In this document: positions 1 to 8,010 of the stretch, in pieces
Layout of the letters: each line of letters begins with the position of its first letter
How positions within the stretch are numbered: the first letter of the stretch is position 1
Source of the DNA: a virus
Lineage: Duplodnaviria > Caudoviricetes
Reading direction: 5' to 3' (one strand)
IMG/VR virus record: IMGVR_UViG_2862281513_000001
Location: 1 to 64,000 of that record
DNA: 64,000 nucleotides
Position numbers and translations under genes: made by a program
The notes under the pieces: model-generated
Told to the model about the DNA's origin: nothing
The model's database searches: none
What the model saw: only the letters and a program-made list of their open reading frames with translations

Positions 1-414
1 TCACCACACCTCACGCTCCGGCGGCTCCTGACCTTCGTGCGCGTCGTCGAAGTGCGCCAGGATCGCCGCCTCCACCCGCTGACGGAACTGGTGGGCGCGC
101 TGCTCTGCCCGCTCGGAGAAGACCCGGCTGATCTCCTCCGGGCCGGCGCTCAGCGGCACGCTGATCGGGTCTACGTCATCCGCGTACATGTCCTCTTCGT
201 GCGCCCAGCCGCAGCCGAGGATGCACGCGAAACGGACGATGCCACTACCCGGGTGAGGCCACAGCGGCGGCACGTCTGGTTCCGGGATGATCGTGCGCTG
301 AGGGATGCGGGCCGCGTCCGCGCGGCGAGCGGCCTCCATCTCGGCGAACAGTTCACGGGTGGACTTCTGCGGCAGGCGGGCCAGCAGGTCGTCAAGGTCG
401 GTGTCGGCGGTCAC
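1..414 (-). CDS. Hypothetical protein, possible Zn-binding (CxxxC...H...H)
   Basis: GGAGG RBS before GTG at 414; the longer ORF call overlaps the tRNA and was trimmed. Confidence 0.7.
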   Translation of the reverse strand: MTADTDLDDLLARLPQKSTRELFAEMEAARRADAARIPQRTIIPEPDVPPLWPHPGSGIVRFACILGCGWAHEEDMYADDVDPISVPLSAGPEEISRVFSERAEQRAHQFRQRVEAAILAHFDDAHEGQEPPEREVW

Positions 415-458
415 GGTGTCCTCCGTCTCATGCGGCGGACAGGATGCCACAAACAGGA

Positions 459-483
459 CAGCCCGCCTCATGGAGGCGGGCTG
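459..483 (-). terminator. Hairpin immediately after tRNA-Leu
   Basis: CAGCCCGCCTC/GAGGCGGGCTG 11-bp stem, followed on - by TCCTGTTTG. Confidence 0.6.
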
Positions 484-485
484 GG

Positions 486-559
486 TGCCCGGGGTGGGGT
501 TCGAACCCACACTTGACCGCGTTTAAGGCGGCTGCGTCTCCCAATTGCGCCACCCGGGC
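486..559 (-). tRNA. tRNA-Leu(TAA), bldA-like anticodon, short variable arm
   Basis: Acceptor GCCCGGG/CCCGGGC + A73; anticodon arm GCCGC-CTTAAAC-GCGGT; T arm GTGGG-TTCGAAC-CCCAC. Confidence 0.9.
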
Positions 560-814
560 CGAGGTCAGACGGCGTTCTCCCGAACGCCTCTTCTCGTGCC
601 AACGGGTCTTGCACTGCGCCGAGTTGTAGAGCCGTCTGCGCGGGGCAACCTTACTGCGCCCGCGTGACGGCCCATCACATGCGCCTCCACGAAGCGGCTT
701 TGGCCATGACTCCCCCTGACTATGCGTCTGGCATGTGGAACCAGCCTCTCTTAGACCAGCGTGCCGACGCAGGGGGGATTTCGGTCAACGATCGTGCATA
801 AACGCCCGAAAGGT

Positions 815-850
815 GGACGCCCGCCCCCGGCGCACGAGGGGCGGGCGTCC
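815..850 (-). terminator. Terminator-like hairpin after the lysis cassette
   Basis: GGACGCCCGCCCC/GGGGCGGGCGTCC 13-bp inverted repeat next to the stop at 853. Confidence 0.7.
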
Positions 851-852
851 GC

Positions 853-1260
853 TCAGCGGCCGGACGATTCGTCCGGCGGGTCCGGCTGGGCCGCAAGGAT
901 CGGCGGCTCGGAAGGCGGCTCTTGCGTGCACGGGTCCGGGCACAGGATGGCCAGCCGGTCGTTCGCCTGGTTCACGGCGTCCCGCAGGCTGTCGCCGCCG
1001 TTCGGATACACCTCGTGGTAGACCCGGGCCAGACGCTCCTCCATGCCCGCCATCCGCTCAAGGACCCCCGGCCGAGCCGGTACGCCGGGGCGGGGGCCTT
1101 CGCCGTACCAGTCGTCGAGGAACTGCGTGGTCCGCTGGAACAGCTGGAGTGCCGCCCGGCCGACTCGCCAGACCGCGGTGCCGACGCCGAGCAGTAGCGA
1201 TATCGCCCCGCCCCACACCAGCACCCCGTCGACGGCGGGCACCCCCGTGCTCATGTCCAT
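853..1260 (-). CDS. Membrane protein of the lysis cassette
   Basis: N-terminal TM helix, then coiled coil and PNGG-SLRD motif; follows the holin. Confidence 0.75.
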   Translation of the reverse strand: MDMSTGVPAVDGVLVWGGAISLLLGVGTAVWRVGRAALQLFQRTTQFLDDWYGEGPRPGVPARPGVLERMAGMEERLARVYHEVYPNGGDSLRDAVNQANDRLAILCPDPCTQEPPSEPPILAAQPDPPDESSGR

Positions 1261-1493
1261 CACCTCCGCTCCTTTCCCAGATCGGGACGCGGGGTGTGCC
1301 TTGCCTTCCAGCCGGCCGCGAACGTGAGCAGACCGGGGACCAGGGCGAGGACGAGCGGGCTGAGGCTGTCCGGCAACGGCTCCAGAATCCGCGCGTTGTC
1401 CTGGACAGCGCCCAGGACACCGAGAAGCCCGGACGACGCCAGGTAGGCCGCGGCGGTCGCCCAGCCCACCTTGTGCTCGATGGGACCGGCCAT
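1260..1493 (-). CDS. Holin
   Basis: 77 aa, two hydrophobic helices, basic C-terminus, directly after the endolysin. Confidence 0.8.
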   Translation of the reverse strand: MAGPIEHKVGWATAAAYLASSGLLGVLGAVQDNARILEPLPDSLSPLVLALVPGLLTFAAGWKARHTPRPDLGKERR

Positions 1494-1496
1494 CGG

Positions 1497-2591
1497 TCAG
1501 TCCTCCTTCCAGACCAGGGCCTTCAGCACAGCGCTGACGACCTCGATCCCGGTGTCGGCCTGGTTCAGCAGCCGCACCCGCATCGTCCGGCCCTCTCCGA
1601 GTCGGTTCACCAGCGGGATGGTGCGGAACGTGCCGCCCGCCGTGCCGATCACCTCGTCGATGGGGTGCTCCTGCTTGAGCGTCGTCCCCTCGTACTCGGA
1701 CTGGCGGACCTGGACGACGTCGCCCTCCGCCAGGCCCTCGAAGCGCAGGCCGAGGGTGCCGGTGAAGCGGGCCGCGCCCGCGACGAACACCGCGCCGTTC
1801 GCGGGGTGGTCGCCGGGCTCGTCGTTCCACTCCTGCGTGAACGGGATCTCGGTCCACTCGCCGGGCGCCAGCTGGTAGCCGTGGACCAGGCCGAGATTGA
1901 CGTATGCGGGCTGCATGGGGGTCGTCTCCTGTGCTGTTGGCGGGCTCCAGCTCGCCGGATGCGCCAGGCGCTCGGCGACGTCGGCGCGGAACTGCGCCAT
2001 GGTGAAGGTGAACCGGCCGCGCTTGGCGTAGCCCTCGACCGGGCCGGCCGGATCGGGCTTGCCCTCGACCGAGGTCTCCAGGTGCCCGGCGGCACTGGCC
2101 GCACTCCAGGCGTGGAGGCGGCACAGCGCGGCGTCGAAGCGGACCCAGGTGTCGTACTGGGCGCGCGTGTAGACGTCTGCACCGTTGCCCAAGTTCTCGA
2201 CTTCGAGCCCGTAAAGGGCGTCGTTGCCGTCGACGGTGCTGGACTTGTCCTGCTTGGGCAGCGGCTTCTCGGCGACGATCGCGTTGAAGACGTTGGTCGC
2301 CACCAAGCCCGCGTGGTTGGCGCGGCCGTCGGCGACCAGGACCAGTTCGCCGCTCTTGGGCAGGTAGGCGTGCGCGAGCGGCGGAGGCAGGCCGGGCCGG
2401 CCCCCCGTTGCGATCGTCGTCAGCGAGTTGGTGCCTGCGGTGTGGTGGTTGAGGATGCCGTGGACGGGGCCGAAAACCTTGCCCGTCGCGGCGTCCCGGC
2501 CGCGCTCGGTCCACCCGGGGTACTCGGTGAACCGGACGCCTTCCGCCTTGAGCGCGGCGCGCCACTGCGCAGGGGTCGCAGGCTGCGCCAC
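1497..2591 (-). CDS. Endolysin, N-acetylmuramoyl-L-alanine amidase (Amidase_2-like) with C-terminal beta domain
   Basis: HHTAG, ANHAG, GLEVEN, GHLE and KPDP motifs. Confidence 0.9.
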   Translation of the reverse strand: MAQPATPAQWRAALKAEGVRFTEYPGWTERGRDAATGKVFGPVHGILNHHTAGTNSLTTIATGGRPGLPPPLAHAYLPKSGELVLVADGRANHAGLVATNVFNAIVAEKPLPKQDKSSTVDGNDALYGLEVENLGNGADVYTRAQYDTWVRFDAALCRLHAWSAASAAGHLETSVEGKPDPAGPVEGYAKRGRFTFTMAQFRADVAERLAHPASWSPPTAQETTPMQPAYVNLGLVHGYQLAPGEWTEIPFTQEWNDEPGDHPANGAVFVAGAARFTGTLGLRFEGLAEGDVVQVRQSEYEGTTLKQEHPIDEVIGTAGGTFRTIPLVNRLGEGRTMRVRLLNQADTGIEVVSAVLKALVWKED

Positions 2592-2592
2592 C

Positions 2593-2895
2593 TCACACCT
2601 CCTCGGCCGGGCCGGTGTAGCCGCTCAGCCGCCGGGCGGTCGCCTCGGGAACGCTCAGCGCCAGGAGCGCCTGGTAGTCCTCCAAGCTCTGCTGCTGCTC
2701 CTGGTCGTGCAGCTCGGCCTCGGCGTCCGCGTTCGTCTGCTCGATGGCGGCGAGTTGCTGCGCGTACTCCTCGGCGGTGATCTCGGTCCCGCCCGGCGGC
2801 GGCGGAACCGGCTCACCGGTGTCCGTCACGGTCCGCTTGCTCACCGAGCCGTCCGCGTACTGGTAGTACAGGGTCCTGTCTGCCACGGAGGCCAC
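2593..2895 (-). CDS. Small fibre-associated (chaperone-like) protein
   Basis: EITAEEY and PEATARRLSG motifs shared with 4121..4462 and 20901..21176; follows a fibre gene. Confidence 0.65.
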   Translation of the reverse strand: MASVADRTLYYQYADGSVSKRTVTDTGEPVPPPPGGTEITAEEYAQQLAAIEQTNADAEAELHDQEQQQSLEDYQALLALSVPEATARRLSGYTGPAEEV

Positions 2896-2896
2896 C

Positions 2897-4060
2897 TCAC
2901 AGGTTGAAGACGAAGGCGCGGATGATGGTCTGAATCCGCTGATAGGTAGCCCCGTTGGACCCGAGCCCCATGGTCACGGGGAGCGGCTCGACGAGCGTTC
3001 CACCAGGCGCGATGGTGCGGTGGTACGCCTTCGTCGTCTGCCAGTGGATGTTGTTCTGGACGCTGTTGCCGCGGTTCTCGAAGTAGACCGTGTCGTCGCC
3101 GCCCATTCCGTACATGGCCGTGGCGTTGACCGGCAGCCGCAGGTCGACGTCCACCTCGATCTCGACGATGACGAAGGCGTCCCGGCAGGGATCGGGGTTG
3201 GTGATGGACAGCGAGCGCGTGACGACCGTCGCCTCGGTGACCGTGGGCACGATGAGCGACGGGTACGCCTGGTCGACGAGGTCCGAGAGGTACGTCGCCC
3301 GGGGGCGCGGCTCGCTGCGGAGCTGGCCGGTGCTGTCGCAGTAGACCTGACCGGCCTCCGTGTCGAGGTCGCAGGGGTAGCCCCAGGCGCCAACGGACGC
3401 GGCGAGCGGGGCTCCTGCCGAGCCGTCACCGGTCAGGCCGCACTCGGTGGCGATCTCTGCGAACAGGCCGTCGGGACCGGCCTGGAGCAGGTTCGGCCCG
3501 CCTCCGGGCGGTGCCGGGTCCACGATGACGGCGGCGCTCACGTCGTACGGATCACCCGCAGTTCCGGTGCCCGTCACCGTCATGTCGACGGTCGGGGTGT
3601 CAGTCGCTTCCAGCGCCGTGGCGCCCGCGACCGGGGTATAGAGCCCGCCGTCAGTGCCGATCGTCGTCTGGTTTCCTGCGTCGCCGCTGATCTGCGCCTC
3701 GATCACGCCCGTCGCGGGGTCGTAGCCGATGCCGTCCCCGGCCGACAGGCAGCCGCGCACGTCCGCGCACTCAACGAACAGACCGTCAGGACCGCTGTGG
3801 ACCAGGTTGCTTCCGCCGCCCGGCGGGGCCGGGTCGAGGATCACCGCGGCGCTCACCACGTACGGATCGCCTGCCGTACCGGTGCCGCTGACCGTGGTGT
3901 CCACAGTCGGCGTGTCCCCGGCCTGCACGGGTGTGGGGGTGGCGGCCGCGTCGGAGCTGATGACGTAGGGGCTGCTCGGGCTGCCGCTGCCGTCCACCGT
4001 GACGCCAGGGCCGGCGGTCACAGTGCAGGTGCACCGGCGGCTGCATCCGCAGTTGGACAA
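2897..4060 (-). CDS. Cys-rich fibre/minor tail protein
   Basis: AGGAG 8 nt before TTG at 4060; N-terminal CGCSRRCTC; GxGTAGDPY repeats; paralogous to 21187..22476. Confidence 0.75.
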   Translation of the reverse strand: MSNCGCSRRCTCTVTAGPGVTVDGSGSPSSPYVISSDAAATPTPVQAGDTPTVDTTVSGTGTAGDPYVVSAAVILDPAPPGGGSNLVHSGPDGLFVECADVRGCLSAGDGIGYDPATGVIEAQISGDAGNQTTIGTDGGLYTPVAGATALEATDTPTVDMTVTGTGTAGDPYDVSAAVIVDPAPPGGGPNLLQAGPDGLFAEIATECGLTGDGSAGAPLAASVGAWGYPCDLDTEAGQVYCDSTGQLRSEPRPRATYLSDLVDQAYPSLIVPTVTEATVVTRSLSITNPDPCRDAFVIVEIEVDVDLRLPVNATAMYGMGGDDTVYFENRGNSVQNNIHWQTTKAYHRTIAPGGTLVEPLPVTMGLGSNGATYQRIQTIIRAFVFNL

Positions 4061-4092
4061 GGAGATCACTCCTGAGGTGGAGAGTCCTTGCC

Positions 4093-4123
4093 CGGCCCAG
4101 AACCAGCGGCTACCAGGAGTCTA
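4093..4123 (-). promoter_or_regulatory. Late leader motif copy 1 with -10 TAGACT
   Basis: GCCGCTGGTTCTGGGCCG (4110-4093), -10 at 4123-4118, followed by a GGGCAAGGA/TCCTTGTCC hairpin over the RBS and start. Confidence 0.8.
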
Positions 4124-4462
4124 GCTACCGGCGCCCGTCAGCAGCGGATCGTCGTCGAGCGGCCCTCCGTGCCCGGACAGGGCCCGCGCGGTCGCCTCGG
4201 GGATGCTGGCCGCCACCAGGTCCTCGTACTGCTGCCTACGGGCGTCTTTCTCCGCGGCGAGCATCTCCGCCACGCGGGCGTCGTGCTGTTCCCGCAGCGT
4301 CGCCCGCAGCTCCTCGTAGACCTCTTCGGTCACGAACTTCGCGCCCTCAGGCAGCTCCGGGTCCAGCCCGACGCCGACCTCCATCCGGCCGAGGACGCCG
4401 TCCGCGAACTGCACGAACCGCGTCTCCAGCTCGCCCACGGGCAGGCCAGGGATGTCCAGCAT
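4121..4462 (-). CDS. Small fibre-associated (chaperone-like) protein
   Basis: VTEEVY and PEATARALSG motifs; GAGGAGG RBS. Confidence 0.65.
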   Translation of the reverse strand: MLDIPGLPVGELETRFVQFADGVLGRMEVGVGLDPELPEGAKFVTEEVYEELRATLREQHDARVAEMLAAEKDARRQQYEDLVAASIPEATARALSGHGGPLDDDPLLTGAGS

Positions 4463-4471
4463 GGCGCCTCC

Positions 4472-5308
4472 TCACAGACTGATGATCATGGCCCGCATGA
4501 TGAAGACGATCGAGTAGTAGTAGGCCCCGCCGCTGCCTCGGCCACCCGTCGCGGTCAGCGTGATCGGCGCGGACGCCCCCGGGGCGAGGGTGAAGCTCTC
4601 GGCCAGGAACTTGGTGCCCTGGGAGTGGACGCCGACGATCGAGCCCGTGCCGGTGTTGCGCATGTAGAACATCTCGTCGGACGCCACCCCGGTTCCGCCA
4701 GCGGCACCGGCCGGGAGAACCATCCAGACGTCGATCTCGCGCTCCGTGAACACCTTCGCCGGACGGCAGGTGTCCGGGTTGGTGATATTCACCGAGAACG
4801 TGTCCAGGGCCGTGTTCTGCGCGGCCGGGATCGGCACGTCGTTGTAGTCGCGGCTCTCGGAGTAGCTCGTGAACGACACCATGCCGCGTGGCTCGGAGCG
4901 CAACCGGCCCTGGCTGTCGCAGGCGACGACGCCGCCGAAGGTGTCGACGCTGCATGGGTACGGCCATGCCTGAGTGTTCGCCTTGACCGGGCTGCCCGCG
5001 GTCCCGTTGCCGGACAGGCCGCAGCCGGTGAGGACCTGCCCGCCGGCCGTGGGTACCAGGAGCCCGCCGTCGGGGCCGATGCTGACGTTGTTCCCGGCCT
5101 GCCCCGACAGGTGGGCGGCGATCACACCCGAGCCCTGGTCGTAGGTGATGCCGGGGCCACCGGACAGACACGGCCGGACGGCTTCGCACGGCACCTCGGC
5201 CGAGACCACGTAGGGGTTGGCAGCGGAACCGGACCCGCTGATCGTGACGTTGTCACCGGCCTGCACCGTGCAGTCGCACTGGCCTCCGCCACAGCCGCAT
5301 CGCGCCAC
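4472..5308 (-). CDS. Cys-rich fibre/minor tail protein
   Basis: GTG start ARCGCGGGQCDC; shares CGLxGxG, WxYPC, LRSEPR and ITNPDxCR with 2897..4060. Confidence 0.75.
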   Translation of the reverse strand: MARCGCGGGQCDCTVQAGDNVTISGSGSAANPYVVSAEVPCEAVRPCLSGGPGITYDQGSGVIAAHLSGQAGNNVSIGPDGGLLVPTAGGQVLTGCGLSGNGTAGSPVKANTQAWPYPCSVDTFGGVVACDSQGRLRSEPRGMVSFTSYSESRDYNDVPIPAAQNTALDTFSVNITNPDTCRPAKVFTEREIDVWMVLPAGAAGGTGVASDEMFYMRNTGTGSIVGVHSQGTKFLAESFTLAPGASAPITLTATGGRGSGGAYYYSIVFIMRAMIISL

Positions 5309-5340
5309 AGTCCCACCGTCCTTGCGGGGTTGTCTCGGCC

Positions 5341-5375
5341 CGGCCCAGAACCAGCGGCGCGCAGGGTCGAGTCTA
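5341..5375 (-). promoter_or_regulatory. Late leader motif copy 2 with -10 TAGACT
   Basis: GCCGCTGGTTCTGGGCCG at 5358-5341. Confidence 0.8.
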
Positions 5376-5385
5376 TCGACGGCCC

Positions 5386-5507
5386 TGCGGATGCCGTCCG
5401 GACGCGTCCGCGGATGGCATCCGGACACTATCCGGATGCCGCAGCGTCCACGCCTGTGACCTGGGCGGATGTCGTCCGGATGCCGTCCGGACGCGGCGTC
5501 CGGACGC
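5386..5507. repeat. TCCGGA array A (~11-bp period, two half-arrays around a TGACCTG spacer)
   Basis: TCCGGA at 5397, 5420, 5431, 5475, 5486, 5499 plus GCGGA variants at 5387, 5410, 5465. Confidence 0.85.
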
Positions 5508-5509
5508 GG

Positions 5510-6241
5510 TCAGGCGAACAGCCAGACGATCACGATGCCGTCATTGCCGGGGGTCCCGTTGACGCTGTCGCCGTCCCGGGCGAGGGCGCCGCCCGCGCCG
5601 CCGCCGAAGCCTCGTGCACCGCCGCCCGCGCCACTGGACGCGCGCTGCCAGCCGCCATGCCCGAGCCGCGCCTCACCTCCCGGACCGGACTGCCCCTGCC
5701 CGCCGTCGAGGCGGATAGAGCCGCCACTGGCGCCGCCGCCCTGGGACACGTCGCCAATCCCAGCAAGCGGACCAGCCACCCCCGAGAAGCAGGTGGGCGC
5801 GGAGCCCGACGTCATGACGACTTGCCCGCCGAAGCCGCCGTTCGCCGTGCACAGCCCGCCGAAGCTGGAGTTGCCGCCATTGCCGCCGTCGACCGTCGGC
5901 GTGCCCGCGGTGCCGCCCGCGCCCACGATGACCGTCTCGCTCGCGCCGAGCGCCGACGCCTCGATCAGCCGCTCCGAGTACCCGCCGCCCGTGCCACCTG
6001 GGTGCGCGACAAGCTGATTGGCGCTCGCCTTCGCCCCGGCCGCACCTCCCCCGGCCGCCTGCACCTGAACGAAAACCCGCGCGAGCCAGGGATAGTCGGC
6101 CTTCTCGAACGTGTCGTTGCCGGGGTCCTTGAAGTACACGATCTGCCGGAGATCGGCACTGCCCGGGACGATCGTCAGCCGGCCATCGTCGCCGACGTCG
6201 AAGTACTCCGGGTCCACGCACACTGCGGCCAGCGGACTCAC
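5510..6241 (-). CDS. Glycine-rich tail-associated protein
   Basis: VQAAGGGAAG, GGTGGGY and GNDGIVIV glycine-rich domain; start GTG 6241 or CTG 6232. Confidence 0.75.
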   Translation of the reverse strand: MSPLAAVCVDPEYFDVGDDGRLTIVPGSADLRQIVYFKDPGNDTFEKADYPWLARVFVQVQAAGGGAAGAKASANQLVAHPGGTGGGYSERLIEASALGASETVIVGAGGTAGTPTVDGGNGGNSSFGGLCTANGGFGGQVVMTSGSAPTCFSGVAGPLAGIGDVSQGGGASGGSIRLDGGQGQSGPGGEARLGHGGWQRASSGAGGGARGFGGGAGGALARDGDSVNGTPGNDGIVIVWLFA

Positions 6242-6263
6242 CTCCTGCGGTGCGAAGTGAGTC

Positions 6264-6296
6264 CGGCCCAAAACCAGCGACTACGGGAGCAGGTTA
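6264..6296 (-). promoter_or_regulatory. Late leader motif copy 3 with -10 TAACCT
   Basis: GTCGCTGGTTTTGGGCCG at 6281-6264, then a CGGACTCAC/GTGAGTCCG stem over GGAGGTGA. Confidence 0.8.
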
Positions 6297-6515
6297 ACCG
6301 CGTCCGCTCGCGCGGTGCTTCGCCAGGTCCTCCGGCCACAGCACGACGCCGCCCGGGAACGACTCCAGCGCCGCCCCCAGACTGATGGCGTACAGCGGAT
6401 GCACCTGCTCGTCCTCGTCTCCGTCGATCAGGACGCGTCCGCTGGGGAACTGCGCACCGTGCAGGATGCGCTCGCCGGGCAGATGCAGCTGGAACGGCCG
6501 CGCGAGGTCAGTCAT
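6294..6515 (-). CDS. Hypothetical protein
   Basis: ATG overlapping the upstream gene end; GC3-biased codons; HGAQFPSGRV. Confidence 0.65.
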   Translation of the reverse strand: MTDLARPFQLHLPGERILHGAQFPSGRVLIDGDEDEQVHPLYAISLGAALESFPGGVVLWPEDLAKHRASGRG

Positions 6516-6969
6516 AAGACGACGATACGGGCGCAGCCAGCAGGTGGACGGTCACGCCGGGCCCGGCCGACTCGGCGACACCAGTCCCGCGCCGTGGCCG
6601 GCTCCGCCACACCCGCACCAACGCGTACCAGGTGGTGACCTCCTCCAGTGCTGCCCAGACTGTCCGTTCGTCGCTGCCGGGCTCCGGGTCCACCACCGTC
6701 GCCGTCACGGCCGGAGCAGCCTCGTAGGGGGCAGGAAAGGACCATCGGGCCCGCCCGTCCTCGCCGGTGGTCACTACGGCCGCCACGAGCCCGCCGGGGG
6801 CCGCCACGGGTCCGACAGGGGTGACAGCCTGCGGGGCCGGATCGCTCTCCAGCGGGGCGCCACGGCTGCGACTCCGCCCGGCGATGCGGGCCCGCTGGTC
6901 AAGGCTGCGCAGCACACCGCCGAGCGGGCTGCCGATCATGCGGCGGGCGGGAGTTCCGCGCCTGGCCAA
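6508..6969 (-). CDS. Minor tail protein
   Basis: In the tail operon; WSFPAPYEAAPAVT resembles an H-type lectin/gp53-like C-terminus. Confidence 0.6.
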   Translation of the reverse strand: MARRGTPARRMIGSPLGGVLRSLDQRARIAGRSRSRGAPLESDPAPQAVTPVGPVAAPGGLVAAVVTTGEDGRARWSFPAPYEAAPAVTATVVDPEPGSDERTVWAALEEVTTWYALVRVWRSRPRRGTGVAESAGPGVTVHLLAAPVSSSYD

Positions 6970-8010
6970 CTACGCCACCTCCGTTGCGGCCGCAGCGACC
7001 TGGACCTGCACGCTCTCCGTGCCGGGCGTGGTCTCGTCGCCGCCGGTCTCCGTGACCTTCACACCGGTGATCTTCAGCCGCTGGGTGACCTTGCGGCACG
7101 TGCTGGAGCTGGTGATGTCCAGCGCCCACCCGGGCACCAGGTTCGGCACGTCGATCGCAGCGAGCGGGCTGATCGTGACCTGCTGGGTGTCGATGAACAC
7201 CGGCACCTGCGCCGAGGTGCGCCGCCGCGCCTTCGCGGCCTCCACCGCCGAAGCCGTGTCGGTGATCTCCGTCATCTGCACGTACCGCTCGTGCAGCCCA
7301 TACACCGGGTCGACACCACCGTCGGAGCCGATGACGCCGCTGTCGTCGCTGCCCTCGACGATCCACCGGGTGACGAGGGCCTTGCCGTCGTCGCTGACCT
7401 CCAGGCCGTCGGGCAGGTCCGCGTCCGACAGCCGGCCGACCGACACCAGGTGCGTCTCGGGCAGCAGCAGGACCGTCGACCCGATGACGGTGTAGTCGAT
7501 GCCCGCCTCCGCGAGCTGGTCGAGGTGGTCGCCGCTCTGCCCCACCCCGGCCGTGTACGAGCGGGAGCCGCTGATCCCGGCCTTGCCGATGACCTTCACC
7601 TTGTGGCCCGGGTCGTCCGGCGCGAACGCGTCGTCGATGAGCCACTGGGCGATCTCCGACAGGTCGACGTTCGTGAACGACTTGCTCTCATGGGGGACTC
7701 GGTCACCCAGCCACACGCTGATGTCCTCGGCGAGGATCTCGACCTCGCCGAGCGACCAGGTGACGGACGTGACTGGCCCGTCCCACACGTACTGGCCGTC
7801 TCGGAACAGCACGAGCCGGTTCCTCCACGACCCGACGTTGCCGAGCCGGCCACAGCAGTCGCCGTCCGGCTGGATCAGGGCGCGGGCCGCGCTCGTCCCG
7901 TCCAGCACCCTGTTCCACTCCACCTCCGTGAGCACGTTGGCCGCTGCGACTGTCGCGCCGTTGCGGTCGAGCAGCTGGGCGGTATGCGTTCCGCAGCCGG
8001 CTACGGACAT
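6970..8010 (-). CDS. Minor tail protein (baseplate hub-like)
   Basis: ATG at 8010 overlaps the upstream stop; VWDGPV motif; second gene after the tape measure. Confidence 0.75.
   Translation of the reverse strand: MSVAGCGTHTAQLLDRNGATVAAANVLTEVEWNRVLDGTSAARALIQPDGDCCGRLGNVGSWRNRLVLFRDGQYVWDGPVTSVTWSLGEVEILAEDISVWLGDRVPHESKSFTNVDLSEIAQWLIDDAFAPDDPGHKVKVIGKAGISGSRSYTAGVGQSGDHLDQLAEAGIDYTVIGSTVLLLPETHLVSVGRLSDADLPDGLEVSDDGKALVTRWIVEGSDDSGVIGSDGGVDPVYGLHERYVQMTEITDTASAVEAAKARRRTSAQVPVFIDTQQVTISPLAAIDVPNLVPGWALDITSSSTCRKVTQRLKITGVKVTETGGDETTPGTESVQVQVAAAATEVA

Noticed and set aside
478-495. tRNA-Leu 3' end or trailer (CCCGGGCACCCAGC) as the T-box-like trigger of the late motif
   Set aside because: Complementarity is gapped, the trailer is tied up in the 459-483 hairpin, and no T-box stem I is present in the short leaders
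486-559. tRNA as an attL/attR integration boundary
   Set aside because: No integrase or duplicated tRNA 3' end seen; a phage-like ORF continues beyond it
5386-5507. TCCGGA arrays as CRISPR or simple microsatellite
   Set aside because: No unique spacers of CRISPR size; the units are imperfect with a conserved split layout at two loci
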